Positions 56,189 through 58,812 of a stretch of 58,812 nt of DNA are shown one piece after another. The translations under genes and the position numbers were made by a program. Location: contig JAZOBJ010000012.1 in NCBI GenBank assembly GCA_045595895.1, positions 1-58,812 of the forward strand, given 5' to 3'. Every line of letters starts with the position of its first letter. The stretch's first letter is position 1. The notes beneath the pieces were generated by a model. That model saw only the letters and a program-made list of their open reading frames with translations, was not told the DNA's origin and did no database searches. This DNA is from Candidatus Alloscybalousia sp. GTDB taxonomy: Bacteria; Bacillota_I; Bacilli_A; RF39; UBA660.

Positions 56189-58812
56189 ATGAAAAGTAAA
56201 AAAGGTTTTACGCTAATAGAACTATTGGCAGTTGTTTTAATACTAGGAATAATCTTATTGATTGCTATTCCATCAATAATTAAATATTTAAATAAAGGAA
56301 CAAATACATATTATGCTAACCTTGAAGATAACATCATTCTAGCAGGAAGAGATTATTTAAATGATTACCGTACTTTATATCCTAAAGAAATAGGTAACGT
56401 AACAGTAATTGAATTAAGTGAATTAGTAAACAATAGATACCTTGAAGAAGTTACTGATACTAATGGAAAAACCTGTGAAGGAAAAATGATTGCAAAAAAG
56501 ATAGCTAAGAATAATTATGAATATTATAGTTGTCTAATATGTGAAGAATATAAAACAAAAGGAACAAATTGTGAATACAGTGAGGATAATAATATTACAG
56601 CAGAAACTAAAAATTACAAAGTCGAGATTGAACAAATAAGTTATACGATAAATCAAGGTGAAAAATTTGACTTACCTAAAGCTAAAGCATATTATTTAGG
56701 ACAATTAGTCGATAGTAACGTAATAGGAAGTCCTAAAATAATAGATACTAACAAATTAGGTACTACAACAGTAACTTATGCATATAAAGGTGCAAAGAAG
56801 ACTATAACAGTAACTGTTGTTGATAATGTAAAACCAAGTATGCCACAAGTTGCATTAAGAAATGATAATGCTAGTGGTAATAAATATAATGGTAATTGGT
56901 ATAGTGGTAATATTTATGTAGAATTAAAGGCAACAGATTATACCAAAAATAATTTAGTAGGTAGTGGTATATCTTATTATGAAATAAGTAAAGATGAAGA
57001 AAATTGGCAAAAGCTAACCGGAAATACAACTACAATAAGTGATTTAGGAGATACAACTTATTACGTTAGAAGTATAGATAAAGCTGGAAATATTAGTGAA
57101 AATAATACATTTAATGTAAAGATAGATAAGGAAACTTTTGAATGCGTAATAGAAGCATCAGGAACAAAAGGGAAAAATGATTGGTACACAAGTGATGTTG
57201 AACTACAGGTTAAGGCACTTAATGAACCAACAAGTGGAATTTCAGCTAAAGGTTTAAATAAAACAAATGTAACTACTAATACAACAGGAGATACAATAAT
57301 AGGAACAATAACAAGTGGAAGTGGTAAAATAGCAACATGTACTAAGACAATAAAAGTAGATAAAGCTACACTATCTAAACCAACAATAAAAGCTTCTGAT
57401 AATATAACATCAGGAAATTGGCATAATGATAATGTAACGTTAACAGCAAGTGGAGTGTCATCAACAAGTGGAATTACTTATTATATGGATACAAACACTA
57501 ACCCTGTAACATCAACATCTTCAGTAACAGCTTCAAATAATACTACGTCAACAGGAATTAATTACTATGCCAAAGCATGTAATGGTGCAGGAACATGCAG
57601 CCAAGTAAATAATTATTTATTAAAAATAGATAAGTCAACTCCAAGTTGTACAATAGTAGCATCAGGAACGGAAGGAAATAATGGTTGGTACATAAGTGAC
57701 GTAACACTTAGTCTTGATATTACAGAAACACCAAGTTCAATTTCCCAACAAAATATAAGCGCTAATAAGATAACCACAAATACAACAGGTCAAACTGTAA
57801 CAGGAACAATAACAAGTGGTGCTGGTGCGGTAGCGACATGTAGTAAGATAGTAAGAGTAGATAAAGAACAGCCAACAACCCCAGTAATAAAACTTGACAA
57901 ATCTATAAGTTCAACTACTATAACAGCAAGCTTAGATACATTATCAACAGCAACAAGTAGTATTGATTATTATGAATATTGGGCAGGTTTAGGTACGCCA
58001 GACAATCGATATACAACTAATGTAACTGGAACAACAAAAACTGGTGATGTAACACTAACTAGTGATGATAATAAAGATGCTTATGGAAATATTCATTATA
58101 GAGCAGTTTCAAAATCTGGATTAATAAGTGACTGGAGCAACGGCCCAACATATACAATAGATAAAGTAAAACCAACGCTAAGATCAGTTACCGGAACAGG
58201 CCCAACAGTTACAGAAAATAAAGAAATAACAGTTGAATATTCATCAACAATAACTGGTGAACCAACAGTTTGTTACTATGTCTCAGATACAACAACACTA
58301 TCATCAAATGTAGAACCAATTGAATGTGTAAAAGGTATGCCAGTAAAATTTAATGTAGAAACAATTGGTACCTATATATTCTTCCGTGCTACAAACGGTG
58401 CAGGATTAAGTAGTGATATAACTGAAGCATATCCACTATATGTTAGTAAAAATGTATGTGAGTATGAAATTGGACATACATGGACATTTGATTACAACGG
58501 AAATCCTGAAGAATTCATTGTACCATGTGATGGAACATATAAACTAGAAGTATGGGGTGCCCAAGGTGGAACTTATCAAACTAATACAGGTGGACTTGGT
58601 GGATATTCATATGGTAATAAAGTTTTAAGAGAAGAAACACCACTATATGTCGTAGTCGGTGGACAAGGTGGTACAACTGGAACCGCAGGATATAATGGTG
58701 GAGGTACTGGAACTGATGGAAATATCAAAATAGCTGGTGGTGGTGGTGCTACCCATATGGCATTAGCTGGTGATGTACTTAAGAATGTCGATGTTTCTAA
58801 ATTATTAATTGT
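56189..58812 (+). CDS. Giant modular type IV pilin-like protein (at least 874 codons, 3' end beyond the window)
   Basis: An AGGTGATG RBS precedes the leader MKSKKG|FTLIELLAVVLILGII. I translated the frame by hand to the window end and found no stop. The first roughly 130 aa are paralogous to the 21384 pilin (YYSCLICEEYKTKGTNC versus YKVCLICGDKKSENC). Ig-like modules and a Gly-rich module follow. The ORF is not in the supplied track. Confidence 0.8.
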   Translation, partial: MKSKKGFTLIELLAVVLILGIILLIAIPSIIKYLNKGTNTYYANLEDNIILAGRDYLNDYRTLYPKEIGNVTVIELSELVNNRYLEEVTDTNGKTCEGKMIAKKIAKNNYEYYSCLICEEYKTKGTNCEYSEDNNITAETKNYKVEIEQISYTINQGEKFDLPKAKAYYLGQLVDSNVIGSPKIIDTNKLGTTTVTYAYKGAKKTITVTVVDNVKPSMPQVALRNDNASGNKYNGNWYSGNIYVELKATDYTKNNLVGSGISYYEISKDEENWQKLTGNTTTISDLGDTTYYVRSIDKAGNISENNTFNVKIDKETFECVIEASGTKGKNDWYTSDVELQVKALNEPTSGISAKGLNKTNVTTNTTGDTIIGTITSGSGKIATCTKTIKVDKATLSKPTIKASDNITSGNWHNDNVTLTASGVSSTSGITYYMDTNTNPVTSTSSVTASNNTTSTGINYYAKACNGAGTCSQVNNYLLKIDKSTPSCTIVASGTEGNNGWYISDVTLSLDITETPSSISQQNISANKITTNTTGQTVTGTITSGAGAVATCSKIVRVDKEQPTTPVIKLDKSISSTTITASLDTLSTATSSIDYYEYWAGLGTPDNRYTTNVTGTTKTGDVTLTSDDNKDAYGNIHYRAVSKSGLISDWSNGPTYTIDKVKPTLRSVTGTGPTVTENKEITVEYSSTITGEPTVCYYVSDTTTLSSNVEPIECVKGMPVKFNVETIGTYIFFRATNGAGLSSDITEAYPLYVSKNVCEYEIGHTWTFDYNGNPEEFIVPCDGTYKLEVWGAQGGTYQTNTGGLGGYSYGNKVLREETPLYVVVGGQGGTTGTAGYNGGGTGTDGNIKIAGGGGATHMALAGDVLKNVDVSKLLI
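57122..57366 (+). repeat. Intragenic repeat A (about 82 aa, Cys-bracketed module) of the giant pilin
   Basis: IDKETFECVIEASGTKGKNDWYTSDVELQV...TTNTTGDTIIGTITSGSGKIATCTKTIKVDKA. Confidence 0.8.
57626..57870 (+). repeat. Intragenic repeat B (about 82 aa, Cys-bracketed module) of the giant pilin
   Basis: IDKSTPSCTIVASGTEGNNGWYISDVTLSL...TTNTTGQTVTGTITSGAGAVATCSKIVRVDKE. It lies 504 nt downstream of repeat A and is roughly 50-55% identical to it at the protein level by eye. Confidence 0.8.

Noticed and set aside
1-58812. Possible Mollicutes-type genetic code (TGA = Trp), considered because of the very low GC and Mollicutes-like features (short ThrRS, MraZ box type).
   Set aside because: TGA terminates well-supported genes (licD at 14234-14236, the DUF1016 gene at 7775-7777, the 168-aa ORF at 43553-43555). 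Conserved Trp positions use TGG (for example ATWWIRQ in sigA). No conserved gene needs TGA read-through.
1-58812. Search for CRISPR arrays, IS elements or transposases, integrases, rRNA genes and long direct or inverted repeats.
   Set aside because: I saw no regularly spaced repeats, no DDE, serine or tyrosine recombinase motifs, and no rRNA-like sequence. The only notable intergenic repeat is the duplicated 18-nt terminator core reported above. An exhaustive repeat search was not possible by eye.

Overview
This is a 58.8-kb, very AT-rich window (about 27-29% GC by eye, not computed). It looks like chromosomal core DNA from a spore-forming low-GC Firmicute, possibly Erysipelotrichia- or Clostridia-like. 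Translation follows the standard code 11: TGA ends several well-supported genes and Trp is TGG. All family names come from motifs I recognise in the translations, because no database search was possible. The gene order is a compressed mosaic of Bacillus subtilis loci: comEA-comEC, yqeG-yqeH, dnaG-sigA-trmK-yqfQ, dnaB...dnaI-Tbox-thrS and mraZ-rsmH-ftsL-pbpB. Between these sit sporulation and germination genes (a gerA-type A-C-B operon, YjcZ-like, CotF-like and CotY/Z-like proteins, a SEDS protein). There are also envelope genes (LtaS-like, LicD, DUF2974, a NodB deacetylase), two ABC systems, two single tRNA genes (Arg-CCU, Thr-GGU) and dispersed type IV pilus genes (a pilin, pilC-pilD). I found no CRISPR array, IS element, integrase or rRNA gene. 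Four regions are the best candidates for undescribed biology. (1) An ORF absent from the supplied track (56189 to the window end, at least 874 codons) has a canonical prepilin leader fused to Ig-like repeats and a glycine-rich module, i.e. a giant modular pilin. (2) A 3.1-kb three-gene cassette splits the normally contiguous dnaB-dnaI pair. It is bracketed by a duplicated terminator and encodes a possible atypical kinase plus a signal-anchored beta-rich protein whose paralog follows pilC-pilD. (3) An accessory islet lies between comEC and tRNA-Arg (PDDEXK/DUF1016, two HD proteins, unknowns, an orphan terminator). (4) A Thr T-box leader controls an unknown 168-aa ORF together with a thrS that lacks the TGS domain. 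Where a Shine-Dalgarno-supported internal ATG looked more credible, I moved starts relative to the ORF track.
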